Of a stretch of DNA of 34,648 nucleotides, positions 1-10,409 are shown piece after piece. The stretch spans positions 1-34,648 of the IMG/VR virus record IMGVR_UViG_3300050343_000107. One strand, 5' to 3'. The notes under the pieces were generated by a model, which did no database searches, had not been told where the DNA came from, and saw only the letters and a list, made by a program, of their open reading frames with translations. Both the position numbers and the translations under genes were made by a program. Position 1 is the stretch's first letter; each line of letters begins with the position of its first letter. This DNA comes from a virus. Taxonomy: Duplodnaviria; Caudoviricetes.

Positions 1-65
1 AATGCTGTGGTACCACCACCACCACCACCGGTACTAAATCCGGGTAGAGTATTTAAATTTGTCAT
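1..65 (-). CDS. 5' end of next tail-region gene (truncated by window edge)
   Basis: ATG at 65, 17 nt after the stop of the upstream gene; reads MTNLNTLPGFSTGGGGGGTTA and runs off the window. Confidence 0.6.
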   Translation of the reverse strand, partial: MTNLNTLPGFSTGGGGGGTTA

Positions 66-82
66 TTATGTAATAAAGATAG

Positions 83-1030
83 TTATTTAACAAGCCAACC
101 AACAGTTGCATCACCACTATAAATTAGAGTGAGAACTGCATTAGCTACGTTTGCAACAAGGTCTGCTGCTTGACCAACGATATTTGAACCGTTGCGACCT
201 ACGGTTAGATTGTTCGTAGCAAATGCACCTTTTGCATCCCCTACTTGGACAATATCACCAGCACTTGGAGATGCTGGAAGCGTAACAGTAAAGGCTGCTG
301 TACTAGTATCAGCAAGATATTTACCATCATTAGCAGCATTAGTTGCTGTAGATACTGCTGTCCAACTTGTGCTGTTTGCTAAAAGCTCTGCTAACACAAA
401 AGCTGTACTAGCAATTTGGGTTGTATTAGTTCCAGTAGCTGCAGTAGGAGCAGCTGGTACACCAGTAAAGGTCGGACTAGCTAAATCAGCTTTAGTAGTC
501 AGATCTACACCACCTACTCTTGTCTCTACAAATTCAGTAGTAGCAATTTGTGTAGTATTTGTACCATTAGTAGCAGTTGGAGCAGTTGGTGTTCCGGTAA
601 AGGCAGGACTTACAAAACTAACTGTTCCCCACGACAATCCACCAGAACCATCTGTAGACAAAAATTGTCCAGTTGTTCCTGTATCGTCAGGTAATGTAAG
701 TGTATAAGTAGCGCCAGCACTATGTGGCGGTGCTTTAATCTTTACTCCGTGTGAATTTAACGCACAGTTAAGTTGAAGTTCACCCTCAGCTGTTGCTCCG
801 TCTCCACTAAATACAGGAGTACCTGTAAAACTAGGACTAGCAAGGTCTGCCTTATGGGTAATGTCCATGTGTGAAGCATTGACAAGGTTTGACCCTTCTT
901 TTACATAAAGAATGTCTTGATCAGTTGCATAACAAATCTCCCCTTCCTGAATATCAGAAGCAGATGCATTTAAATTAGCGTATGTTCCACGTGCTACACG
1001 CACGGGAGTTCTAACAGTTGGTGTTGGCAT
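83..1030 (-). CDS. Tail fibre-like/accessory virion protein, 315 aa
   Basis: Repeated KADLASP(S/T)FTG-P-APTA--GTNTTQIA-T-FV fibre motifs; YTLTLPDDTGTTGQFLSTDGSGGLSW module; C-terminal DTS-AAFTVTLPASPSAGD...NNLTVGRNGSNI module; lies after the gp17-like fibre. Confidence 0.85.
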   Translation of the reverse strand: MPTPTVRTPVRVARGTYANLNASASDIQEGEICYATDQDILYVKEGSNLVNASHMDITHKADLASPSFTGTPVFSGDGATAEGELQLNCALNSHGVKIKAPPHSAGATYTLTLPDDTGTTGQFLSTDGSGGLSWGTVSFVSPAFTGTPTAPTATNGTNTTQIATTEFVETRVGGVDLTTKADLASPTFTGVPAAPTAATGTNTTQIASTAFVLAELLANSTSWTAVSTATNAANDGKYLADTSTAAFTVTLPASPSAGDIVQVGDAKGAFATNNLTVGRNGSNIVGQAADLVANVANAVLTLIYSGDATVGWLVK

Positions 1031-2345
1031 TAGTCGAACGATCCTCCATCGTAAATTTCTTCTGTAGTAACAAGCGTGCCGCCTGTATTAAAATTACCAG
1101 CATCAATGGTGACAAGTCCACCACCAATAGCACCCCATGCAAAGCCGTCATAACCTTCAAATTCAACCTCTGTTGAGTTAAATCTCAACATTCCGGCTGC
1201 TGGTATTGAAGGTCTTTCTGCAGTACTACCTGTTGGCATATTTGCACTTGTATATTCTTTGGATACATATCGGTCTTCAGAATCATTAGCAAAATAATTC
1301 ATCCATACCCAAGTTGTATTCGTTAAATCATACTCAAGTCTTACACTCAAACCTGAATTACCAACAAATCCACTTGGAACCCCTGTCAAAGGTGTAAATG
1401 ATCCAAGACCTACACTATTGCCAATTTCGATGCGATCCTGATCTGCAGGATTTGTAGGGATCGATGCTACGTTTCCAACAAGAGAGAATGACACTGCAAG
1501 TGAAGCAGCCGCACTAGCTGCGTTAGCTGTTACTACAGCAGCTGCAGCATTTGTTTCAGCGGTATTAGCTGTAGTAGTAGCTGAGTTAGCTGTAGTTACA
1601 GCATTTGAAGCATTAGTGTCAGCAGTTGTAGCCGTGGCATCTGCTGCATTAGCCGTTGTAACAGCACTATTTGCCGTTGCAACCGCATTATTTGCCGTTG
1701 TAACGGCGTTACCAGCTGTTGTATTAGCAGTTGTTGCTGAACTTACAGCGTTATTAGCCGTTGTAACAGCACTGTTTGCTGTCGTAACCGCATTACCGGC
1801 AGTGGTGTCTGCATTGTTTGCTGTAACAACAGCTGCTGCAGCATTTGTTTCAGCAGTCGTAGCTGTCGCGTCAGCTGCGTTAGCAGTAGTTAGTGCTTGA
1901 CTAGCGTTTGTATCAGCAGTGTTTGCAGTAGTTGTAGCTGCGTTAGCTGTAGTAACAGCTGTAGCACTATTAGCTAATGCTGTATCAGCTGTCGTCTTAG
2001 CTGTGTTTGCAGTAGTGTTTGAAGTAATTACTTCGTTATCAGTCTCTTGTACAGCAAAGTGTGTCTGAGTAAAGTTATTATTTAGATCTTCAGCTTTGAT
2101 TGCTGAACCAGGGAAGAACGTAGCATTAAGCGTGTCAATATCAGTATCACGATAGATACGGATAGCAGCTCCACTTAGCTAGGTGCTGTTGTAAATGACA
2201 GGGTGGTAGCGTTAGCAAATGTGTATGCAGTTGTAGCTGCAGTGTCAAGTGTTACCTTGACATCTGCTTGTTTAATATATTCAAATGTAAAAGAATAGTT
2301 CGTAGTCGAACCATCTCCTGTGTATGTGTTTTGTGTAGTTGCCAT
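1030..2345 (-). CDS. Tail fibre protein (T7 gp17-like), apparent frameshift near 2175-2182
   Basis: ATG at 2345 gives MATTQNTYTGDGSTTNYSFTFEYIKQADVKVTL, followed after the indel by IRIYRDTD...FFPGSAIKAEDLNNNFTQ (gp17 N-terminal domain). An Ala/Thr/Asn heptad stalk then runs in frame into track ORF 1030..1494. Confidence 0.85.
1500..2015 (-). repeat. Low-complexity ~21-nt (heptad) coding repeats, predicted coiled-coil stalk
   Basis: Translates as AVTTANN/AVTTANS/AVTTANA-type units; near-duplicate DNA blocks at ~1650-1692 vs ~1756-1798 and ~1540-1560 vs ~1834-1853. Confidence 0.8.
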
Positions 2346-2351
2346 TACGCT

Positions 2352-5300
2352 TTAGATACCATACTTGCTTCTTTGTGTATTCCAGATATTCCAGCGCTTC
2401 TTGTTGTTGACCTCTCTTTAGGTACTCAGAAGTTCTTTCTCGGACGTACTGTCTACGTCTGACAGTCGGTGAAAGCTCTTAGAACCTGTTGTTGCATCAG
2501 CCGATAGCTCTTCGTCAGTTCAGCATCAAGCTCATTGAATGTAAACTTTCAGCCGTCGCAGTGTCCACTCGGTAAGACCTTTAGATGCTGACCTTCTTTA
2601 AATCGTTGTCTGAATCCCTTACCTCCTTTAGTAGTTTGATTCATTACTTCGTTTGATACCTTCTTTCCATAAGACCGTCTCGTACCCATTATGCTTAGGA
2701 TGTCAGACTGTTCAGCAGCACTTAGTTTCTCTCCTTGCCCGTTTGTACGTAAGAGTATGCTGTAGCGTCATACTCAACATCAATAAGAAATTGCTTTTCA
2801 GGTGTTATCTTCCCGCTTTCCTTCCACGGTGTATAAGTGTTACGTAAACGTGCCCAGATGCTGTCGGGTACATTAACTTCAGTCCACCTTCTATCCAATC
2901 GTATTCTTGTGGAGGTAAACATGCCTTTCAAACCAGGCAACCGATTCATAATCATTGCTTCAAGTTCATTATTGATTGAGCTTCAATACCTGGGTCTAGT
3001 CAACCGTGCAATCTCTGCCATTTGACTGGATCCACGTACTGCTGCTGAAGTAAGGAATCCTGAACCCCAACGATTAATAGCACCTACATCACCACGTAAA
3101 ACATCAAAAAATGGCTCTAAGCCAGCCATATGAGTTCTATCCTTGAATGAAGCTCCAAATGCAAAGGCAGTTTTTCCAAGTAGGTTACCGAGATCATTTG
3201 GTTCTAATACATCAAAGTTATCACCAATGGTTGCAACCAAACTAAGGTAAGTCGTAATTGGTCCTAAGCCTTCATAGCTATACCATTTATCATCAAAGCC
3301 TCGGATAGAATTTCTCTTCCAATCAGCTTTGTCTCTTGTCTTCTGTACTTGTCTATTGTAATGACCTGCTCCGTGAAGCCTGTCATCCATAAACAAAGCA
3401 ACGGCACTGCCTGTCATTAATGTACCTAACGCTTTCCTTCCGAGCATGTCTGCCCTTAGTTCGTTGTACTTACCTTTGACTTGAAGCGGATCACTAACAT
3501 CAACACCTCTTTGAGTCAGTATCTCCATTACTTTTTCCGTTTCAATATCATCAAACTTATGCTTGAATACATTCACGTCTTTCATGAATGTACCGAGGAC
3601 AGGTGATAATGGATTGTAAGAAGCAGTATACTTTAGTTCATTAAGTGGTGTCTTGGTAAATAACATGAATGGTTTTAGTACTGGCATCCTTCTGATAAGT
3701 GCTGACGCATCATCATTAGCAGCATTGTCTAAGTTAAACGCCATCTCACCAGAGGCTTTTTTAACTGCCTTATCCGTGATAATGCCGTTCTCATCAAACA
3801 TTTCAGCGTGAGCATCTTTTGCTACTTTATCTGCTTCAGCTCTATTAAATTTTACTTTACCGTTTTGAGTATAATTATCAAAGGCTCTACCTTTGGCTTC
3901 AAAATTAGCAATCAATGAATCCATAAATCCATCCATTGCCTGCATAGATCTAGTACCCATCCTGAGAACTGGATGATTAGCTAAATCATTCATTGCGGTG
4001 ATATTTTCCATCAACATTTGTGGTCCATAATCACCTTTGGCTGCCTTAGCATCAGCAAATGCAGTTAAAATATCTAACTGTCCTTGGTTCTTAAGACCCA
4101 TATCATCTCTTACAGCAGTTACATTTGGATCTAGAGCGGATCTTTTAAAGATTTGCTTTGCATAACTTAGACCTCCTGTTAGAGTCTCCCACATGCTGCT
4201 GTATTGATACAACGCTCTTCGTGCTGTACGTAGATCACCAGTAATCAATGCACCAGCAAAATGTCTTAGCGGCTTCTCCACTAGCAAATGGCTGCCGGAA
4301 AATACTGCTTTGATTGGAGTAGATGCAGAACTCAATGCACCGTTATACACATTTGCATAAAATGCTTGGTTAATTACTGAAGGGATTTCAGGTTGACCAT
4401 CAAAGAATGCTTTACTCCAAATTGACGTTGATTGTTTTACATAGTTGTTTAATGAACTAATTGTTTTAACATTACCATCAGTAAGTTCATATGCCATCAT
4501 TAATGGTGACAACATCTCTGGGTTAGAGTCTTTAATTGCCCGTAAACCATCGATCGTTTCTGCAGTTTCCTGCTTGATACGTTCCATAGTTGCGAGTGTT
4601 TTATTCTTCTCACCTTTGACTAGATTTTCTAGACGTTTCTTAGTTGCATTATCATATGCTCGCGAACCTTGTGTTGTCATCCGATTCCAGATGTTCAACA
4701 TATTCAAGGATCTACCACGAACATAAGAAGTCATACCTTTCTGAGCCATCAGGAACTCAACACGGTCTAAAATTTGCTCTTGTGCCCGTTGGATAGAGCC
4801 TGAACCCTCAGTCAATCTCATGCCTTGAGCCATATCACTGATTTGTCCCGCCATGGAAGTGCCGACATAAGCAGTAGCTTTAGCCTCATCCATATTTACA
4901 AAGTCATCCATGTACTTCTTAATTGCACCCATGACTCCCTGATATCCTTCATCAGTTAGCTCAGGTGTTCCAGTAGATACATTTTTGCCTTGATAAATTG
5001 AACCAGGATAGATTGTTTTTTGTAATTCTTGTAGATCCATTTCATAGAAATCATCGGCATACTTTTGGCCAACATTTTCGATCTCTTTAAAACTTAGGTA
5101 TCTCTTGTCATCAATTTTGTAACCGTATTGACCTGCATCTTGTAATGTAGACGCTAGTCCTTTAATTACAAGTCTTGCATTCTCACTGGTTTCATTAGCA
5201 AATTTAAGAGCACCTTCCGACATGACACTACCTACACGCCCGTAGACAGTTCCTAGGTTGCCGTCAATACGTGCAGCATCAATAGATGCCCCAACAATAC

Positions 5301-6354
5301 CAAGATCATCTACTGATCTAATACCAGTCTCTGGGTATCCGTATGCATCGTGATACCCAAATATTGGTTCATTTGGATCTACAGACTTGTCGAAGTTAAA
5401 AGAACCTACTTCATCTAATTCAGTAGAGCGTTTTGCAGCTGATCTTTCGATTACATCTTCTGGTGTTTTATCTATTTCTATATTTTTATCAAACCATTCT
5501 TTAGCTTTTTCATTTTCAGGTGTGTGTCTAACAAGGTCGTGGGTATCATCCACTCTTTTCATCAACTTACTAAGACCCATTATCATATCTATTCCAATGC
5601 CTAGGTAGGCACCTTCTAAGACATTCTTACCACGTTTTACTTCAGGACTTTCACCATCCAATGTAGCCACATTGTCTGGAATCCACCCTAAACTTCTTGG
5701 GTATGTCTTCTTAAGTGTTCCAGCTAGGTTGTCATCTGTTTGGTTCATTGGAACCGCATAATCAACAAATGCACCAGCACCAGCTTGAAATGCTGTATTA
5801 CCTAACCATTTAACAAATGGATCGTTTAAGTGCTTTAATCCTTTAACAGTATTGACTTTACCTGCTTGTGCAGTTAGTCCAGCTGAACCAGCTCCGCCTA
5901 ATAGCATTGTTGGTAAGACAACAGAAGAGATTTCCCTTACTGATTGTGCTACTTCATTTTCAAACTTAGGTCTAGGTTTGATATCTATACCAGGGATTAG
6001 GCTAAGTGTTCCAGAAACAAAGTCTTGGATGCCAGCGACAACATCCATATCACTTTCAGCCCCGTACTGATCAATCTTGTCGTAGTCAATAGTACCGTCT
6101 TCATTTTTAAATGGACTGGTTTCTACTGCTTGTGCCCTTCCAGGTTCTGCTTGGGTAGGCGGTTGTTCCTGTACTGGCTGTTGCTCTTGTACAGGTGGCA
6201 TTGATGCAGCCATAGCTGCTTGTTCTTCATTAGCAGCCACCTGTAGCTTTAACCTTTCCTCTTCCTCTTCTGCTTCCCTAAGTTCTTGTTCCCATTGGGT
6301 GCGTTGTTCTATGCTTTCAAAGCCTTGACTTTGCAGCAGTTCTTCTTCATTCAT
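2352..6354 (-). CDS. Internal virion protein (gp16-like); C-terminal part broken by indels below ~2990
   Basis: 1123-aa ORF plus fragments (2722..2955) ending KYGI* at 2352; largest gene, immediately before the tail fibre as in T7 synteny. Confidence 0.8.
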
Positions 6355-6369
6355 TTAATAAATCCCAGA

Positions 6370-9066
6370 TTATCTGTGATAAAAGTTACCGTTGTCAGCA
6401 AACATAGGATCTTCGGACGGTACACGGTTTCCTAAAAGAGCCTGTCCTTTAAAGAATGCACGTCCATCCAGTCTTTTGATAAATTCCAATAACTTTAATT
6501 TACCAGCATCAGATTTAAGACTTTTAGCAATTGCCTGTTTTACGGATGATTCTTTCTTTGCAGACGCACCGGAGTAAACACCTTCGTATTGTCCAGGTGC
6601 ATTAATGATTTCATTGATATTGTTTCCGAAACCACCCACCATTAGTCGTGTAAGTATGTTTGCTGCAACACCAAATTCATCATCAGTACCAAGTGCTGCT
6701 TCACTGCTAATTGCATAAGCTAGATCATTGTAATCTTGATCAGTCAGTGAATTAATTAAGTTAGCTCCTTCTTTTGCTAGATTGTTCACATCATTGTTTC
6801 CAGCTCGATTAATTACTCCTGATCCATTTGATTGATAACGTTCTCCACTTGCCTGAAATGATTCCCTAGGCTGGAAACTATTCCTATTTTGAAATTGATT
6901 TACTTGTTGTTGTAGCTCTCTCAATCGTTGCTCATTACTTACTTTATCGCTTGTAAAAGCATATCTTTGTTTTGGCGACCAATTATCTTGTATTTCTACA
7001 TAGGTCGGATTCATGGGTATTGCTTCGATGTTAGGATTTACCTCCGCTAATTTCTCTTGAACTTCATATGCAGTCATTCCAGTCCTTGAACCGATGACAT
7101 TTAATACTTCACTGTTTCCAGTTTCTGCTAATTTTTTAGATGCTGCAATTAAGGGTGCTTCACCAATTGCATTGAGTACTTCAGCCATATCTTTCTGTTT
7201 GGCTCTAGTCAATCCCTTGAACTTTGTTACCCTACGTTGAGCAATTAGTTGTGCCTTTGTTGATTCATCAACCATCTTTTCGTATGACTTTAATGTAAAA
7301 CCATCAAAGTTCTTTTTGTCTGCCATAAACTCTTTAGCGTCATTAGCTGCAGTAGTGCCAACAATTTGCATTGCTTCTGCTATCGGCATACCACCAGTTA
7401 CTAAATCAATGACATTCTTTTTAGCTTCTTTTGTTCTTTCACCAACAAACCAATTGAATTGATCGGATTGTGGTCCTGTATCTTTGAATTTAATATCAGG
7501 TAGATCTTTGATATTATTGGTAATCCTTCCTTCTAGATAAGTACCAAGTTCCTTGTATTGGGGAGTTGCTTTAATTGCATCTAGACGCTGTGCAGCTCCA
7601 ATGTATTGATCATAAAGAATCTTAGGTGGATTAATACGATCAAGTTCTTTTACACTTAGTGTTTTATTTAAACGTCCCTCTTCTAGCTGGTCTTGCATCA
7701 CAGGCATTAATTGAGCATCAATTGTCTGTCGTTTAATTCCTTCAAGATATTTTGGATCAGCACCAGCACCAGCTAATTCATAGTATAAGTTTGATATATC
7801 TCTGTAGTCTTTGTTGTCAACTCGACCATCATCAGTAGCTAGTTGTTGTGCAAGTTCATTGACTTGCATCTCTGCACTAAGTTGCTTCTCCTGTGCTTCT
7901 AATGCCTGTACTTCTTGAGTTTCTCTTCTAGCTTTTGTTCTTGCAGCATTTAGTGTTGCAATAGCTGTTGTATACCCAAAACTTCTAATGTTTCCAACTT
8001 TACCGTCTTTTGTTATTGGAGCTTTGAATATCTGTTCAATTTGGTCCTCACTTAAATTGAGAGTCGCCAAATATTCCATCGTGTCATTCATTGCATTAGG
8101 TCTAGGATTGTTTGAAATCAAATCCATCACACCTTTTGCATTGAACGACCCACCACTGAATGCAACATCATAAATAGTTGCACGGTTATCTCTATCTGCG
8201 TCTGTCTCTAGCTTTGCTCTTGTCTCTCCATTAAGAACTTGATTTGCCCTGTCTAGAGTACGACGCATTGTAGGGTTATATGCTTTCTCAAGTATTGGTT
8301 GTCCCGGTATTTCCCCATCAACTGCTAATTCACCACGCATCTTTGCTTCAGCACTTGCTATCTGCTTGCGTTTTTCTTCTATTGATAGTTTGGGATCATT
8401 AACTATATCTTGAATTATCTCAGCATTAATTGTTGCTTGCGATCTTAATACATTTGAATTTGCAATGTAGTTTCTGTATCCACCACCTTTCACTAGATGC
8501 TGGTCAAAAGCGTTAATAAACTCTTGAGATTTACCTTCTTCTAAATACTGTTTAATTATATTTGTTCTTTGCATTTCTGCATTTGATACATCACTATTTA
8601 TTAATTTAGCATTTAATAAATCTTTGTGTGAGTAATTGTGAGTAAAGGCTATTTGATTAATTGCCTTTTGCTGTACCTCTTTGTTTTCTTTGATAATACC
8701 TGCCGTAATATCAAATGCAGTTTTAGAGAAATTTGCAAGTGCTCCAAATGTATCTATCGCATATTTAGCTTCGTTTTGCTGCTTGAGTAATTCTCTTTCG
8801 TAAGCTTGCTTTGTATACTTTGCTTCTGCTTCATTGTTGTCACTACTGACACTCCTTGCAGCTTTACGAAAATTTTCTTGTATACCTTGCGCTTGTTTCT
8901 GCGCTTGTAAGGCGATTCTTTGGTTTTCTTTTTGATAGGCTTGCGCTCTATCCATACCAGACAGCTGCCGCTGTGCTTCTCTTTGAATTTTATCTGTAGT
9001 ACTAGGGACTTTTAACTGGTTATCAGAAAAACTTCCTTCCCTAGCAGATGATCTAAATTGTGCCAT
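6370..9066 (-). CDS. Internal virion protein (gp15-like) with C-terminal SleB-like cell wall hydrolase domain
   Basis: 898-aa helical ORF in the gp15 position; C-terminus LAYAISSEA...GVAANILTR...INEIINAPGQYE resembles Hydrolase_2/SleB. Confidence 0.75.
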   Translation of the reverse strand: MAQFRSSAREGSFSDNQLKVPSTTDKIQREAQRQLSGMDRAQAYQKENQRIALQAQKQAQGIQENFRKAARSVSSDNNEAEAKYTKQAYERELLKQQNEAKYAIDTFGALANFSKTAFDITAGIIKENKEVQQKAINQIAFTHNYSHKDLLNAKLINSDVSNAEMQRTNIIKQYLEEGKSQEFINAFDQHLVKGGGYRNYIANSNVLRSQATINAEIIQDIVNDPKLSIEEKRKQIASAEAKMRGELAVDGEIPGQPILEKAYNPTMRRTLDRANQVLNGETRAKLETDADRDNRATIYDVAFSGGSFNAKGVMDLISNNPRPNAMNDTMEYLATLNLSEDQIEQIFKAPITKDGKVGNIRSFGYTTAIATLNAARTKARRETQEVQALEAQEKQLSAEMQVNELAQQLATDDGRVDNKDYRDISNLYYELAGAGADPKYLEGIKRQTIDAQLMPVMQDQLEEGRLNKTLSVKELDRINPPKILYDQYIGAAQRLDAIKATPQYKELGTYLEGRITNNIKDLPDIKFKDTGPQSDQFNWFVGERTKEAKKNVIDLVTGGMPIAEAMQIVGTTAANDAKEFMADKKNFDGFTLKSYEKMVDESTKAQLIAQRRVTKFKGLTRAKQKDMAEVLNAIGEAPLIAASKKLAETGNSEVLNVIGSRTGMTAYEVQEKLAEVNPNIEAIPMNPTYVEIQDNWSPKQRYAFTSDKVSNEQRLRELQQQVNQFQNRNSFQPRESFQASGERYQSNGSGVINRAGNNDVNNLAKEGANLINSLTDQDYNDLAYAISSEAALGTDDEFGVAANILTRLMVGGFGNNINEIINAPGQYEGVYSGASAKKESSVKQAIAKSLKSDAGKLKLLEFIKRLDGRAFFKGQALLGNRVPSEDPMFADNGNFYHR

Positions 9067-10407
9067 TTACCTCGAATAATTAGGATAGAAACTTGAACTG
9101 AAATTTGTTAAACCTGTCCCAATACTTGAAAATGTCCCTGCGCCGATGCCAAATATCTTCCCAGCAGATCCAATTACACCTGCGGTGCCAAGAGTGCCAA
9201 CAGCAGATGCAGCCATTCCACCAATCTTCAAGATATCTCCGAAGTTAGAAGACGCTACATTTTCACGACCTAATGTTCCACGGAAATCTCTTTCGTAATC
9301 TGGTCGAAGAGATGGGGTGTATTCAGGGAACTCTGCAACCTCTGGTCTTACGAACATTTCTACGTAATCTTCTGTTTCAGGATTATCGTATTCTGCGTAA
9401 AACTCTGCTGGATTAGTAATTGCAGGTAGACGGCGTGGTTCAAGCATCATTGATGCCTCTGCCTGCATATCTGCTTGTCGTCTAGCGTTAGCAATATTCT
9501 TTCTTACAATCGCATCTCTTTGATTAATGCTCTGTCTTGTTGCAGAAATTTTAATTTTATCCACATCAAAGGATGCATCATACTTACTGTCTTTCAACGT
9601 ATATTCATTATTAGCAGCATCTCTTGCAGCTAATACCATTGTCTGATCAAGGATCAACATATCCTTTAGCTGTGCAATGCCTAGATCGACACCTTGCTCG
9701 GCATACATCAAGCCATTTGCAATCGCTGCTCTCAATGCACCTGATTCAGCCATCACACCCAGTACAGCCTTAGCTGAAGACCTACCAGCAGTACCGCTTG
9801 CACGAATAGATCCAGCTGCTTTCATGCCATCAAGGATTGCTTTCTGAGCTTCTATCTGGCTTTCACTACGTGCTTTACGTCTTTCAATTTCGTAAGAACC
9901 TAAATCACCAATAAACTTAGTTTCATTCCGTGATTCTTGAAAATCAGCTTGAACGAGCTTATTACTTCGGTCTACTTTCAGACCTGTTGTATTGTAGTTA
10001 TAATTGAGAATTGTATCAGCTTCATCGAACATTACCGACAAAAGGTCATCTTTCCTTTTTAGGTCTTGTTCTGCATACGCAGCACTTTCAGCTATCTTAT
10101 TAAAAGCTTTTTGATTATATGCTTGTTTTACTGACTGATCGTATACGCGGGTAGCTGTATCAAATTCAAAATTCTGTCTTTTAACAGCTTGGTTGTAATT
10201 TTCTAGAACTTCTCGTTCTTGAAATCTTGTATTATCTTCATTGGATTGAACCTGAGCTTCGTACTGCTGTCTATCAAATACATACTTGCCCATCCGCTCT
10301 GCTTCGTATATTTCCCACTCTTGCTTTGCTCGTTTAGATGCGCCTCTTTCAGCGTTCATCTTTTCTTTGTTCCTATCGTTTGCTCCAAAGAATCCAAGAA
10401 TACTCAT
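9067..10407 (-). CDS. Internal virion protein (gp14-like), 446 aa
   Basis: Synteny; coiled-coil character, GSIRASGTAGRSS motif, Gly/Ala-rich hydrophobic C-terminus. Confidence 0.65.
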   Translation of the reverse strand: MSILGFFGANDRNKEKMNAERGASKRAKQEWEIYEAERMGKYVFDRQQYEAQVQSNEDNTRFQEREVLENYNQAVKRQNFEFDTATRVYDQSVKQAYNQKAFNKIAESAAYAEQDLKRKDDLLSVMFDEADTILNYNYNTTGLKVDRSNKLVQADFQESRNETKFIGDLGSYEIERRKARSESQIEAQKAILDGMKAAGSIRASGTAGRSSAKAVLGVMAESGALRAAIANGLMYAEQGVDLGIAQLKDMLILDQTMVLAARDAANNEYTLKDSKYDASFDVDKIKISATRQSINQRDAIVRKNIANARRQADMQAEASMMLEPRRLPAITNPAEFYAEYDNPETEDYVEMFVRPEVAEFPEYTPSLRPDYERDFRGTLGRENVASSNFGDILKIGGMAASAVGTLGTAGVIGSAGKIFGIGAGTFSSIGTGLTNFSSSFYPNYSR

Positions 10408-10409
10408 CT

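Noticed and set aside
192-1900. Plus-strand ORFs 192..707 and 1616..1900, and the other plus-strand ORFs in the track
   Set aside because: Antisense shadows of recognisable minus-strand genes; low-complexity codons lack stops on the opposite strand.
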